Shown: positions 9,750 to 20,143, counted from the first letter of the stretch. The stretch: DNA of 60,870 bases from Thermoplasmata archaeon (GCA_023256615.1 JAGDXO010000020.1:3587-64456); one strand, 5' to 3'. Numbers and translations are program-made. Notes: generated by a model from the letters alone, not told the origin.

Positions 9750-10946
9750 CTATGGTAAGAATGAAATTATTCCTGCGGCTATTGATCCAATGAGTATTAG
9801 GTATAGCAGACTTTTTCTGAGATTTGTTATAACATATTTACCCATAATAGATTTGGATGATGATATCTTTATTACTGCCATCAGTGGAAATGCCAGGACT
9901 ATTGCATTTATCACCATTATGCTGAGGGCAATCTGAATAAAGTCATTGAAGAAGAGGACAATAATTGCCCCCGGTATTATCTCAAACAGATATATATTAT
10001 AGAAAAGTCTATTTTCTTTATATTTTGAATTGAAACTCCCTCCAATTTTCAATGCATCACTCACTGAATAACTCATGCTCATAGATATGACCATTAAGGC
10101 CAGTAAACTGGCTACAATAAGGCCCATGGCAAATAAGAAAGGTCCTGTTGGGCCCATAATAGAATAGAGATAAGCTCCCACAGCACCTACAGGGTTATTT
10201 GAATCAAAATGACTCTCTGAAATCTTCCATGCGAATATTACAATAGAAACCATTAGAATTTCAGAAACTGCTGCACCTATTATTGTCCCCTTAGTTTCTC
10301 TTCTCATATTAGAAAGGTTAATTCCCCTGTCTACATCAGCAGCCTGATGGTAGAATAACATCCATGGCATCAGTACTGCACCTAGATTTGCTGCCATTAG
10401 GAAAATGAAATTCTTGTTATATACTATTGGATTCATGCCAGAAACTACATTTCTTTCTGGATGCACGAATAGATCAAGTATTGCAAATATGAAGAGTACG
10501 AATGAAAGAGATACGAGTATAACTTCAATTTTATTATATTTACCAGAAAATAATATGATTGAATGCACTATAAGTATCACAATGATTGTTATAATTACTG
10601 GAATCCCAAGAAGAACACTCGCAGCTGCAGCACCTGCGAATTCACCAACATAGGCTGAAAAATCTATTATTGCCGTGGAAGCAACAGCAAATACTGTCCA
10701 CCTATGGCCGAAATTCTCCGTTATTATTTTTCCAAGGGACTTCCCTGTTACTGCCCCTATTCTTGAAGCGGTATCCTGGACTAGGAATAAAGGAAATGCG
10801 AGAAATAGCAGAAAAACTATTAGGTGCCCCTGGTATTGAGCGCCTGATTGGGCAGCAGTTATTATTGATGGAGAATCCAGATCGGCCATCATCACTACCC
10901 ATCCTGGCCCAAGGATTGGAAGGAGTTTTAGGATCTTCCTATTCAT
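9750..10946 (-). CDS. Nramp-family (Nramp-related) divalent metal transporter
   Basis: LGPG..MADLD, GAVTGK, GAVLMPW; about 11 TM segments; 1-nt overlap with the DtxR gene. Confidence 0.85.
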   Translation of the reverse strand: MNRKILKLLPILGPGWVVMMADLDSPSIITAAQSGAQYQGHLIVFLLFLAFPLFLVQDTASRIGAVTGKSLGKIITENFGHRWTVFAVASTAIIDFSAYVGEFAGAAAASVLLGIPVIITIIVILIVHSIILFSGKYNKIEVILVSLSFVLFIFAILDLFVHPERNVVSGMNPIVYNKNFIFLMAANLGAVLMPWMLFYHQAADVDRGINLSNMRRETKGTIIGAAVSEILMVSIVIFAWKISESHFDSNNPVGAVGAYLYSIMGPTGPFLFAMGLIVASLLALMVISMSMSYSVSDALKIGGSFNSKYKENRLFYNIYLFEIIPGAIIVLFFNDFIQIALSIMVINAIVLAFPLMAVIKISSSKSIMGKYVITNLRKSLLYLILIGSIAAGIISFLP

Positions 10947-11566
10947 TATTTAGTCACCCTGATACCTCTTGCGAGATATTTGTCCATTTTAATTTCCCCA
11001 TTTTGTCCTAAAATGATTAAATATTCATCATTTCTTTCAATCTTGACTCTTTCTCCTGGCTTAGAACCAGAATCCGCAATTTTCTTTAGAAAATCCCTAT
11101 CCTCATATACAATCCTTTCAATTTCGTATGATCCATCTCTAACATTTGTTAAATCTTCTTCACTGAGTAAATCCATAACATTAATAGGATTGCCGTGAGG
11201 ACATTTCTTAGGAAAGCCCATATTTTTGTATAAAGTTTCCAGCATTTTCCCAGTAAATCCATGCTCAAGATACATAACAGCCTCGTGTGATTCTTCCCAC
11301 GGAACTTCCAAGAATGAGTATGCAAAATATTCTGTTATTCTATGGGTCCTCATTGTATTGGCGGCGATTATTTTACCCTTCGGAGTGAAAGATATGCCGC
11401 TCCTTCCTATTGTAAGTAAATTTTCATCTGATAGTTTATGCAAGGCCTCCCAAGCAGTTGGTAGGGAGACATTTAATCTTGAAGCTACATCCTTTTCATT
11501 CACCTTTCCGAAACTTTCTTCAATTTCCCAGACTGCTAGAATGTAATCGTCAGGGTTGTTTTTCAT
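10946..11566 (-). CDS. DtxR/MntR-family metal-dependent repressor with FeoA-like C-terminal domain
   Basis: DYILAV wHTH, RTHRITE, LEH, CPHGNPI. Confidence 0.9.
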   Translation of the reverse strand: MKNNPDDYILAVWEIEESFGKVNEKDVASRLNVSLPTAWEALHKLSDENLLTIGRSGISFTPKGKIIAANTMRTHRITEYFAYSFLEVPWEESHEAVMYLEHGFTGKMLETLYKNMGFPKKCPHGNPINVMDLLSEEDLTNVRDGSYEIERIVYEDRDFLKKIADSGSKPGERVKIERNDEYLIILGQNGEIKMDKYLARGIRVTK

Positions 11567-11573
11567 TGATCGG

Positions 11574-11593
11574 TAATTAGGTCTCCCTAATTA
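11574..11593. promoter_or_regulatory. DtxR-family operator (TAATTAGG-TCTC-CCTAATTA)
   Basis: Perfect 8-bp inverted repeat just upstream of the dtxR start codon; resembles TTAGG-Nx-CCTAA DtxR/IdeR boxes. Confidence 0.75.
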
Positions 11594-11601
11594 ATATTTG
11601 C

Positions 11602-12495
11602 TCATTCATCATAGACAGATCTCAACGCCTTATAAATTGCAGAGAAATCTAGCTTTCCCAATCCCTTTTTTGACGCTATTTCATAAATTTGGGATATTTC
11701 TGATGTTATTATCAGTGGAAAAGTAGAACTCTTGGCCATCTCCATTGCATAGTTTAAATCTTTCATTTCATGTTCCAGATTGAACATTGGAGGAAATTCA
11801 TTTTTTATTATGTTTTCCTTTTTTATATCCATGACCTTGGAATATGCAGATCCTGTAGAAAGAACTCTGAATTGAAGTTCAGGATCAATTCCGTTTGCTT
11901 CCCCCAATAATATGGCCTCAGAAAGAATTGCCATGTTTGCTCCAAGTATTATATTGTTTATCATCTTCATTTTCAGACCGTATCCGTTTGAGCCAATATA
12001 TATTATATTTTTACCCATTGATGATAGAAGCTTCTTTGTCTTTTCAAAAGTTTCGAATTTTCCTCCAACCATAATAGTCAGTTCAGCTTTTTCAGCAGCT
12101 GGAACTGAACCTGTAACAGGTGCATCTATCATTTCTGCATTTTTAGATTCAACCATTTTTGCCAATTCAATTGATACTTGCGGAGAAATTGTACTCATAT
12201 CTATGAATATTTTACCTGGTCCGAGGGCATTTAGAATTCCATCCTGCCCATAAAATACAGATTTAACGGCTTCTGAATCTGTTAACATTGTTATGGTATA
12301 TTTACTGAATTCAACAACTTCCCTGGGATTCTTGGCTATATTCACGCCGTTCTTCTTAAACTGTTCAGTTTTATCTTTTGACCTATTGTAGACAATTATA
12401 TCATAACCTGAATTCATAATGTTCTTAACCATCGGGATACCCATCTTGCCTAAGCCGATAAAACCAACATTTTCCATATCTCCGTATTTATTCAT
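11602..12495 (-). CDS. NAD(P)-dependent beta-hydroxyacid dehydrogenase (3-hydroxyisobutyrate DH family)
   Basis: GFIGLGKMG, DAPVTG, catalytic KMINN. Confidence 0.9.
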   Translation of the reverse strand: MNKYGDMENVGFIGLGKMGIPMVKNIMNSGYDIIVYNRSKDKTEQFKKNGVNIAKNPREVVEFSKYTITMLTDSEAVKSVFYGQDGILNALGPGKIFIDMSTISPQVSIELAKMVESKNAEMIDAPVTGSVPAAEKAELTIMVGGKFETFEKTKKLLSSMGKNIIYIGSNGYGLKMKMINNIILGANMAILSEAILLGEANGIDPELQFRVLSTGSAYSKVMDIKKENIIKNEFPPMFNLEHEMKDLNYAMEMAKSSTFPLIITSEISQIYEIASKKGLGKLDFSAIYKALRSVYDE

Positions 12496-12555
12496 TATTT
12501 ATAAGACCATTCCCATTTTCTTTAGAAAATGTTTTAATATTTACTTACATATTTC

Positions 12556-13191
12556 TTGGTGAGGCCTTATATCCACATTAATTTTGCATGCTCATTAGAT
12601 GGTAAGATTGCACTCGAAGGAGGTATTCCATACAAATTTTCTAATATTTTGGACCTCCAAAGAGTACACAAGTTGCGATCAGAATCCGATGCAATACTGG
12701 TTGGGATAAACACCATCAATAATGACGATCCAAAGCTTGTGGTTAATCCAAAATACTTTGAATCTTCAAATATTCCGGATGCAATAGTATTGGATTCAAA
12801 GTTAAGAATTAATGCTTCCGCGAGAATATTCAACTATAAGAGAAAAGTCGTCATAATTACGGGAATTGGCACTCCTGATAGGCCATTACCTGAAAATTCG
12901 GTGGCAGAGATCATCATAAGAAGATGCAATTCTCCCAGGCCAGATATGGAATGTTTGATGAGAAATATTAATGAAATGGGTTATACAAAGGTTCTCATTG
13001 AGGGAGGAAAATCTGTACTTACTTCCTTTATAAATTCAGAATTCTGGGATGAAATCACAATATTCTATTCACCTGTATTTGTAGGAGACAAGGGAATTTC
13101 AATGATGGAGGGGATTGATAAAGTGATAAAAACAAAGCTTGGTGATGTGGAGAAATTAGGTGACGGTTTCCTGTTGACAATAAAAAGATAA
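12556..13191 (+). CDS. RibD C-terminal-like pyrimidine reductase (2,5-diamino-6-ribosylamino-pyrimidinone 5'-phosphate reductase)
   Basis: ACSLDGKIA, LRSESDAILVG, DDPKL, IEGG. Confidence 0.85.
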   Translation: MVRPYIHINFACSLDGKIALEGGIPYKFSNILDLQRVHKLRSESDAILVGINTINNDDPKLVVNPKYFESSNIPDAIVLDSKLRINASARIFNYKRKVVIITGIGTPDRPLPENSVAEIIIRRCNSPRPDMECLMRNINEMGYTKVLIEGGKSVLTSFINSEFWDEITIFYSPVFVGDKGISMMEGIDKVIKTKLGDVEKLGDGFLLTIKR

Positions 13192-13198
13192 TTAATAA

Positions 13199-14428
13199 TT
13201 GAAATTATTGTCTTATATGAGTGGAAAGGATAAGATAGAATGGGCGATCCAGTGGATGCCTGTTCTCAATAGTATAAAAAGGGATTTTGCTGAGAATAAA
13301 CCCTTCAAGGGAATGAAAATTTCAATGGCTCTTCATCTGGAGGCCAAAACTGCAGCTCTAGTACTTGCGCTCAAGGAGGGAGGCGCCAATGTCAGGATAG
13401 CTGGATGCAACCCTCTCAGCACTGATGATGAAGTTGCAGAATCATTAAAGAACGATTATGGAGTTGAAGTCTTTGCTAAAAGAGGCCTTAACACTAATGA
13501 GTACTATGAATATCTGAATAAGGTGCTTGACCAGCAACCCGATTTAATAATTGATGATGGCGGGGATTTGACTACCCTAGCACACAATCATGCAGATAGA
13601 TCTGAAAATATAATCGGAGGCAATGAAGAAACAACCACGGGGGTAGTTAGACTAAAGAATATGGAAAAAGCTGGAGCCTTGAAATTTCCCATGTTCGATG
13701 TAAATGACGCAATGATGAAACATTTATTCGATAATAGGTATGGGACTGGCCAGAGCACCGTTGATGGGGTAATAAATTCAACAAATCTTGTGCTGGCAGG
13801 GAAGAAAATAGTAGTTGCGGGTTATGGATGGTGCGGAAGAGGTATTGCGACCAGAATGAGGGGTATGGGTGCGATTGTTAGTGTGACGGAGATAGATCCT
13901 ATCAAGGCAATAGAGGCACATATGGACGGTTTCGATGTTCATCCTATGAGAAAGGCTATCAAAAATGCTGATCTTGTTATAACTGCAACTGGAATGAAAG
14001 ATGTTGTCACGCTCGATGATCTGAAGAATGCTAAAGATGGGATAATTCTGGCAAATGCTGGACACTTTAATAACGAAATAGCTATGAATCAGATAGAAGG
14101 GACTTCTATTGGAAGGGAGGTCAGAAGAAATGTAAAGGTTCATGAGCTATTTGGAAAGAAGGTGTATGTTCTTGCAGATGGAAGATTAGTCAACCTTGCG
14201 GCTGGGCAGGGCCATCCTGTGGAGATAATGGATTTATCATTTGCAATACAGGCCCTTACAGCAGAATATATTGTAAAAATGAGACCAAAAGAAAGAAGAG
14301 TATTTCCTGTGCCGTCTGAAATAGATAAAAAAGTAGCAGAGATTTACCTCAAATCCTATGACATTAACATAGATCATTTGACAGAAGAACAGATAAGATA
14401 TCTCAATTCATGGGATGAAGGTACGTGA
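13199..14428 (+). CDS. ahcY: Adenosylhomocysteinase
   Basis: GCNPLST, DDGGD, EETTTG, KHLFDNRYGTGQS, GRLVNL. Confidence 0.97.
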   Translation: MKLLSYMSGKDKIEWAIQWMPVLNSIKRDFAENKPFKGMKISMALHLEAKTAALVLALKEGGANVRIAGCNPLSTDDEVAESLKNDYGVEVFAKRGLNTNEYYEYLNKVLDQQPDLIIDDGGDLTTLAHNHADRSENIIGGNEETTTGVVRLKNMEKAGALKFPMFDVNDAMMKHLFDNRYGTGQSTVDGVINSTNLVLAGKKIVVAGYGWCGRGIATRMRGMGAIVSVTEIDPIKAIEAHMDGFDVHPMRKAIKNADLVITATGMKDVVTLDDLKNAKDGIILANAGHFNNEIAMNQIEGTSIGREVRRNVKVHELFGKKVYVLADGRLVNLAAGQGHPVEIMDLSFAIQALTAEYIVKMRPKERRVFPVPSEIDKKVAEIYLKSYDINIDHLTEEQIRYLNSWDEGT

Positions 14429-14517
14429 GAAGGGAAAGAGGTGAAGCATAAAACCTTCCCTCTTCGTACATCAATATCTGCATGTTTGGGAAACGATAAA
14501 TAATTGAAATTACATAT

Positions 14518-15582
14518 GTGCTTGTGCCATTTGAAAAATTAACAGAGATGATATTACCCCGTGACGTAATTGGCGGTCATGGGGCAATTGATAAAATTTA
14601 CGAAGTGTTCAAAAGGATAACTGATGCAGATAGGGCTATGATTGTGACCGGAGAGAAAACCTACGAAATGGCTGGAAAGAAGACCCACGATATACTAGAA
14701 GAGAATGGTATAAAGACTAATGTAATTATAACTGGAGATGCCACTGAAGAAAATGTTGAGTATGTAAAAGAAGAAACGAAGAAATTTGGAGCCAAAGTAA
14801 TCATAGGAGTGGGTGGGGGGACAAAGATAGATATTGCAAAGAAAAGTGCATTTGATCTTAATCTTTATTTCATTTCAGTTCCAACTTCTGCCAGTCACGA
14901 TGGAGTTGCCAGCCCAAGAGCATCGATTAAAAAAGGAGAGATTTCAGTAAGTATGGAAGCAACAATGCCCGTTGCCATAGTGGCAGACACAGAAATAATG
15001 GTAAAATCACCCTTCAGGTTTCTGGCATCTGGGGCAGCTGATGTTTTATCGAATTTGACCGCTGTAAAGGACTGGAGCTTAGCCCATAGATTGAAGGGTG
15101 AAAAAATTAGCAGTTCCGCTTATATGATAGCTGAATTTGCAGCTAAGGAAATAATAAATAATGCTTCACAGATAAAACCAAACTTGGAAGAGAGTGTATG
15201 GTTTGTCATGAAACAAATAGCTTTTTCAGGCATTGCTATGAGTGTTGCCGGCTCATCCAGGCCGGCCTCAGGCTCCGAGCACATGTTTGCGCATGCTGTA
15301 GATGCAATAAAAAAAGGAAATGGCTTACATGGTGAATTGTGTGGGATAGGAACCATAATATCTATGTATTTACATGGGGGAGACTGGATTCTTGTGAGAG
15401 ACACTTTGAGGAGGATCGGTGCCCCCGTGAAGATAGATCAGGTTGGATTGAATGAGGAGGATGCCATTCAAGCCTTAATGATGGCTCATAAAATAAGGCC
15501 AGATAGGTATACCATTCTGGGGGAGAATGGATTGAGTGAGAATGCTGCCAGGGAGGCTTTAAGAATAACAGGGGTTTTATAA
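14518..15582 (+). CDS. egsA: sn-glycerol-1-phosphate dehydrogenase
   Basis: GGGTKID, PTSASHDG, SRPASGSEH, HGELCG, RYTIL. Confidence 0.95.
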   Translation: MLVPFEKLTEMILPRDVIGGHGAIDKIYEVFKRITDADRAMIVTGEKTYEMAGKKTHDILEENGIKTNVIITGDATEENVEYVKEETKKFGAKVIIGVGGGTKIDIAKKSAFDLNLYFISVPTSASHDGVASPRASIKKGEISVSMEATMPVAIVADTEIMVKSPFRFLASGAADVLSNLTAVKDWSLAHRLKGEKISSSAYMIAEFAAKEIINNASQIKPNLEESVWFVMKQIAFSGIAMSVAGSSRPASGSEHMFAHAVDAIKKGNGLHGELCGIGTIISMYLHGGDWILVRDTLRRIGAPVKIDQVGLNEEDAIQALMMAHKIRPDRYTILGENGLSENAAREALRITGVL

Positions 15583-16005
15583 ATGATAATTACACTGGTT
15601 CCTAAATATCTTAACAAAGAAGGATCGACCTTCCAGTTCATTTCCCCACTTAAAGAATGCAGTACCTGTAATCTCAGAAATGTTTGCTATAATCTTAATG
15701 TGAACTCTTATTACAAGGTGACAAAAATCAGGGGAAAGGAGCATAATTGTTTTATTCATGAGGGTAACAAAGTATATACTGTAGAGGTACAGGAAGAGAA
15801 GAAACCTATAATGATTCAAAGAAAGATGGCCAAAGAGGGTGCAATAATAACCTACAAACATACTAAATGTGATTATTATGAGTGTCCTTTTGCAGATGAG
15901 TGTATTTTAAATTTAGTGAAGGATGAAAGCAAGATAAAGGTTCTATCAGTTAGAGCAAATAAATGTCCCAGGGGTTATGACCTTGTTGAGGCAGATATAG
16001 AATGA
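15583..16005 (+). CDS. UPF0179-family Cys-rich protein
   Basis: ITLV...ECSTCNLRNVC..L and HNCFIHE; typical position after egsA. Confidence 0.8.
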   Translation: MIITLVPKYLNKEGSTFQFISPLKECSTCNLRNVCYNLNVNSYYKVTKIRGKEHNCFIHEGNKVYTVEVQEEKKPIMIQRKMAKEGAIITYKHTKCDYYECPFADECILNLVKDESKIKVLSVRANKCPRGYDLVEADIE

Positions 16006-17189
16006 GTATGCTTGTAGGCATCATAGGAAAACCGAATGTTGGAAAGAGTACCTTTTTTTCTGCATTAACAGAAAATCAGGTAGAGATAGGGAATTACCCC
16101 TTTACCACAATAGAATCGAATAAGGGAGTCACATATGTCAGATCAAAATGCCCCCATGTGGAAATAGGTAGGAAATGTTCTCCCAAATTTGGAAAATGCA
16201 ACGAAGGAGTAAGGATGGTTCCTGTTGAGATAATAGATGTTGCTGGACTGGTGCCAGGTGCCCACGAGGGAAAAGGATTGGGGAATAAATTTCTCGACGA
16301 CCTTAGGCGAGCGGACGGATTTATTCAGGTTATAGATGGTACTGGATCTCTTGACAGAAATGGTAATTTTGTAGGACATGGAAAGTTCGACCCTCTTGAT
16401 GATTCTAATTTCGTTCACGAGGAAATAGTTCTTTGGTTATCATCAATTATTTCCGACGGATTGATAAAAGGACTTAGGAAGATTGAAAGCGAAGGTGGCA
16501 AAATTGAAACATTTATTGCTACCAAGGTTTCCGGGCTCGGAATAGATGAAAAAACAGTTTCTGTTGCATTGAAAAGGGCAGGTGTGCCTTCCAACCTCAG
16601 GGAATGGAATGATGACTCAACAAAAAATTTGGCAGAAGAGCTTATTTCTCTGTCAAAACCAGGCATCATTGTCGCAACGAAGGGAGATAAAATGACTCCT
16701 GATGAAAGAAAAAAACTTACTGAGAAAGGGGTTATAGTAGTTTCTGGGGATTATGAACTTGTTTTAAGAAGGGCAGCAAAGGCTGGCCTTATCGAGTATA
16801 ATCCAGGAGATAAAGATTTCAGGATACTGAAAGAGGATAAACTGAATAAAGAACAGATTAATGCTCTTGAAGCAGTAAGATCATACATAAGGGAGAATAA
16901 TGGCACAGGTGTTCAGGAGGCCATTGAAAAGCTAGTGTATAACGTACTGAAGATGATAGTGGTATACCCAGTTGAAGATGAGACACATTGGACGGATAAA
17001 GCTGGTAATGTTCTTCCAGATGCATTATTGATGAGGGATGGTTCCACTGCACTTGATCTGGCGTTTAAGATTCATACAGATTTGGGAAATAATTTCATAA
17101 GGGCAATAAATGGAAGAAGTAAGCGTATTCTTGGGAAGGAATATATTTTAAAAGATAATGATATAATAAAGATTATTTCATCCCATTGA
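16002..17189 (+). CDS. ychF: Obg-family YchF-like translation-associated GTPase/ATPase with TGS domain
   Basis: GKPNVGKST, NYPFTT, DVAGLVPGA, TGS LAFKIHTDL. Confidence 0.92.
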   Translation: MSMLVGIIGKPNVGKSTFFSALTENQVEIGNYPFTTIESNKGVTYVRSKCPHVEIGRKCSPKFGKCNEGVRMVPVEIIDVAGLVPGAHEGKGLGNKFLDDLRRADGFIQVIDGTGSLDRNGNFVGHGKFDPLDDSNFVHEEIVLWLSSIISDGLIKGLRKIESEGGKIETFIATKVSGLGIDEKTVSVALKRAGVPSNLREWNDDSTKNLAEELISLSKPGIIVATKGDKMTPDERKKLTEKGVIVVSGDYELVLRRAAKAGLIEYNPGDKDFRILKEDKLNKEQINALEAVRSYIRENNGTGVQEAIEKLVYNVLKMIVVYPVEDETHWTDKAGNVLPDALLMRDGSTALDLAFKIHTDLGNNFIRAINGRSKRILGKEYILKDNDIIKIISSH

Positions 17190-17868
17190 AATCATAATAT
17201 AAAGAAAGTATATCTTCAATGGTAAGTTCTTCCGGTCTATTATCTTTGAATCTTTCTGTATTTATTATATTTTTAATTTTTTTCCTTCTTTGGGAGAATA
17301 AAACTTTCAAAAATTCTGGAAATCCATCATCTATTTTCACAATTTTTTTTCTTAGAGTTAAAACTGTACTCTGAACTTTGGGAGGCGGGCTGAATTTATT
17401 AGGGGGTATTTCAAATTTTTTATCTATCTCAAATTTAAGCTGCATCATTACACTCAATTTTGAATAATCCTTGGAATTCGGTTTTGCTATCAACCTGTCT
17501 GCTACCTCTTTCTGCACAGTTATAACTGCCATCTGGAAATCCATATTCCATAATTTTTCCAGAAGGGGCGAGGTAATCTTGTAAGGCATATTGCTTATAA
17601 AAATATCAAATGGAGGCCAATTTTCCTTCAACGCATCCCCGATTATCAATACTGCATCTGGAAATTTATTTCTCAGATAAGCTTCAAATGTCTTTTCTTT
17701 TTCTATAAGATATAATTTTTTATAATTCTTTATGTGGGCTGTGATAGCCCCACGTCCTGGACCAATTTCCAAAACATCCTTATTGTGGACATCTGCCAGT
17801 GAAACCATCCTTTCAGCCAATTCAGAATCAACAAGAAAATGTATGCCCGTTGTTTTTCCTGTTCTCAT
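17173..17868 (-). CDS. rsmA: 16S rRNA dimethyladenosine transferase KsgA/RsmA
   Basis: LEIGPGRG, NMPYKIT, QKEVADRL, FSPPPKVQS. Confidence 0.93.
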   Translation of the reverse strand: MRTGKTTGIHFLVDSELAERMVSLADVHNKDVLEIGPGRGAITAHIKNYKKLYLIEKEKTFEAYLRNKFPDAVLIIGDALKENWPPFDIFISNMPYKITSPLLEKLWNMDFQMAVITVQKEVADRLIAKPNSKDYSKLSVMMQLKFEIDKKFEIPPNKFSPPPKVQSTVLTLRKKIVKIDDGFPEFLKVLFSQRRKKIKNIINTERFKDNRPEELTIEDILSLYYDFNGMK

Positions 17869-17895
17869 ATATTATGTTCCTTATGATTTTTCTTC

Positions 17896-18465
17896 CTATA
17901 ATGCAACGAATAACCTATGTTTTTCATCCTTATTCTTCAATTCTCTTAATATTCTTTCAGTAATCATTTTTTCGGGATCCCTTAAACCTTTGACCCTGGT
18001 CTTCAGATCCTGGAAATCTTTAAAAGGACCCTTCTTCCTCTCATCTATTATTTCCCACATTAAACTTTTCCCTATTCCATACAGAAGATCCAACTGATGT
18101 AATCTCGTTGTTATTGGCTGTGCTGTATTGAAGAAATTCACGAATCTCTGCTGGTTTGATTCTATAATTGATTTAATTATATATTCAAGCTCATTCTGAG
18201 CTCCTGGAGTCAATTCTTCATATGATATTCTCCTTCTCACGCTCATTATTTTATCTCTCTTGTCGAGATCCTTTCCAATGTATACCCTGTCACCTATTGT
18301 CATTACTGCGCCTTGCTTTGGAACAAGTTCGAAAAGTTTAAGTTCATTTTCTCCCAGAGCAAGAGCTAGCGGGACTCTCTTGAAAGCCTTTTCTTCCATT
18401 CTACCCTGTGGAAGAATGTCCAGAATGTATGCATATTCCTCCAACGGATCACCTGAACTTTCCAA
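17896..18465 (-). CDS. DUF655 RNA-binding protein
   Basis: EEYAYILD, RFVNFFN, RLHQLDLLYGIGK HhH; conserved position between rpoF and ksgA. Confidence 0.9.
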   Translation of the reverse strand: MESSGDPLEEYAYILDILPQGRMEEKAFKRVPLALALGENELKLFELVPKQGAVMTIGDRVYIGKDLDKRDKIMSVRRRISYEELTPGAQNELEYIIKSIIESNQQRFVNFFNTAQPITTRLHQLDLLYGIGKSLMWEIIDERKKGPFKDFQDLKTRVKGLRDPEKMITERILRELKNKDEKHRLFVAL

Positions 18466-18763
18466 TTGCTTCCAGAATTTTGTTAGCTATTTCGTTATCC
18501 AGATTCTGAATACCTGGATAAACTATTGATCTTAATTCATCTATATTTGCAGGGAGAATATCAACAATTTTAGCAGCCATCTGTTCCGATAGACCGTATG
18601 AAATTATTTCTTCCTGAAGCGCTACCGCCTTTTCAGCTGGTAACTTTGAAAATTTGGTTGCGTGATTTAAAGCTGATTTCTGCAGTTCTGTAAGTTCCCT
18701 CTTCTTAGATTCCGATTCTAACAATTCCTTTGCCTTTGATAGAGGGATGTAATTTACTTTCAT
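18449..18763 (-). CDS. rpoF: RNA polymerase subunit F (Rpo4)
   Basis: YIPLSKAKELL, AAKIVDILP..DELRSI; synteny with rpl21e. Confidence 0.92.
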   Translation of the reverse strand: MKVNYIPLSKAKELLESESKKRELTELQKSALNHATKFSKLPAEKAVALQEEIISYGLSEQMAAKIVDILPANIDELRSIVYPGIQNLDNEIANKILEAIGKFR

Positions 18764-18772
18764 AATTTTAAT

Positions 18773-19063
18773 TCACGCTCTCTTCAGATGAATGGGATGT
18801 GAAATTACAACTTTCTCCTTATCCTTATCATTTATTTTTATAACGTAATTAGTTCCCCTTGTACCCTCTACGACTCCAGTCATTCCCTGGAACCTCTTGA
18901 AAGGCATTCCATTATGATATGAAGGTTCAATGTCTATGGCTACCCTGTCCCCTACTTCAAATACCTTAACTAGCCTATTCACAGGTATGGGCCCCTTTTC
19001 ACTATGTTTCTTTCGCATCTTATATCTTGTCTTGGCTCTCGGGCCATGCGACATTTTTGCCAT
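18773..19063 (-). CDS. rpl21e: 50S ribosomal protein L21e
   Basis: SHGPRAKTR, GMPFKRFQG, HPIHL. Confidence 0.96.
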   Translation of the reverse strand: MAKMSHGPRAKTRYKMRKKHSEKGPIPVNRLVKVFEVGDRVAIDIEPSYHNGMPFKRFQGMTGVVEGTRGTNYVIKINDKDKEKVVISHPIHLKRA

Positions 19064-19075
19064 TTTTATCCTCCC

Positions 19076-20143
19076 TTAATTAACTTCTAATACATTAAGA
19101 TATTCTATTTGAATATTTACACCTAGCATTTCACTCATACTCGGTTTTGTTCTACCATTATCGCCTGTTATAAATTCCTTTATATATGTTCCAGCCTCTG
19201 CCTTTATAATCAATACCAATCTTTTTCCTTCATTTTTCAGTATATTTACTTCATATATTCTCCTTTTCCTTAATTTATCTTTTCTTATTCCAAGGACGCG
19301 GTTCGGGGTTTGTTGTTCAATTTCTATATTTCTAATTTTATCAAGAATTTCATCAATAGATTTTTCCTCTTTTTCCAATGATATTCCAACTTCGTATACC
19401 TTGTCATACTTTGAATTTTTTAACTCCTCTATTTCTTCTTTAGAAGCTAGATGAAGCCCTATAACTTCTATTCCATTCCTGGAATATTCTTTAATTGAAG
19501 TTTCAAGTTCTTTCAAATCTGCTGATCTTATCAATGGTTTTGAAATTTCCACATAAAAAGGTCTTCCATTGCCAAGCATCAGAGCATCCACATCCTCTCT
19601 TCCAGACGCAAAGAAATTATAGTCTTTTGCTCTGAATAATTTCAAAGCTGAAATTCCTATATATTCAGAGATTGATTTTTCACCTTCACGTCCTTTTGCA
19701 GAATTTATCCATGGGGACTGTGGGATGCCTCTTCTCATTTTCTTGTATCTTCCTGCTATGTAAATAGGCTTTATCCATATACTATAATCCCCTGTTTCCT
19801 GATTTATTTTGAATGTTAATTCTGGTTCCTTGAAATCTACTTTCTTGCCTAAAACTTCTTCTATGCGCCCACCAAGCTGAAATGTGAACTCCTGTTTGAA
19901 ATTTCTGCATTCTGGGCAAAGATTAGCAACAGTTTGCAAGTCCCTTTTAAAACATTCATCAATAGTTTCAACGCCAAGAAGAAATTTTGAAAATTCTATT
20001 TCCTTTGTTTCATTTAAAAAAATATTAAAATAGTCATTTATATGGTTTAGAAGGCCACAACATAATTCACAATTTTCAGCGTCTAAAGTTATTATGTCCT
20101 CTTCAAGCCTCAATCTTTTCTGGCAATTTTTGCAGACGTTCAT
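19076..20143 (-). CDS. pus10: tRNA pseudouridine(54/55) synthase Pus10
   Basis: GRY.K..RGIPQSPW, catalytic SGREDVDA, QQTPNRV, AGTYIKE, GRTKPS. Confidence 0.93.
   Translation of the reverse strand: MNVCKNCQKRLRLEEDIITLDAENCELCCGLLNHINDYFNIFLNETKEIEFSKFLLGVETIDECFKRDLQTVANLCPECRNFKQEFTFQLGGRIEEVLGKKVDFKEPELTFKINQETGDYSIWIKPIYIAGRYKKMRRGIPQSPWINSAKGREGEKSISEYIGISALKLFRAKDYNFFASGREDVDALMLGNGRPFYVEISKPLIRSADLKELETSIKEYSRNGIEVIGLHLASKEEIEELKNSKYDKVYEVGISLEKEEKSIDEILDKIRNIEIEQQTPNRVLGIRKDKLRKRRIYEVNILKNEGKRLVLIIKAEAGTYIKEFITGDNGRTKPSMSEMLGVNIQIEYLNVLEVN

Noticed and set aside
14425-14466. Purine/pyrimidine imperfect hairpin after ahcY as a possible sRNA or SAH riboswitch
   Set aside because: It lies at the 3' end of ahcY, pairs imperfectly and has no C/D, H/ACA or riboswitch consensus; at most a terminator or stability hairpin
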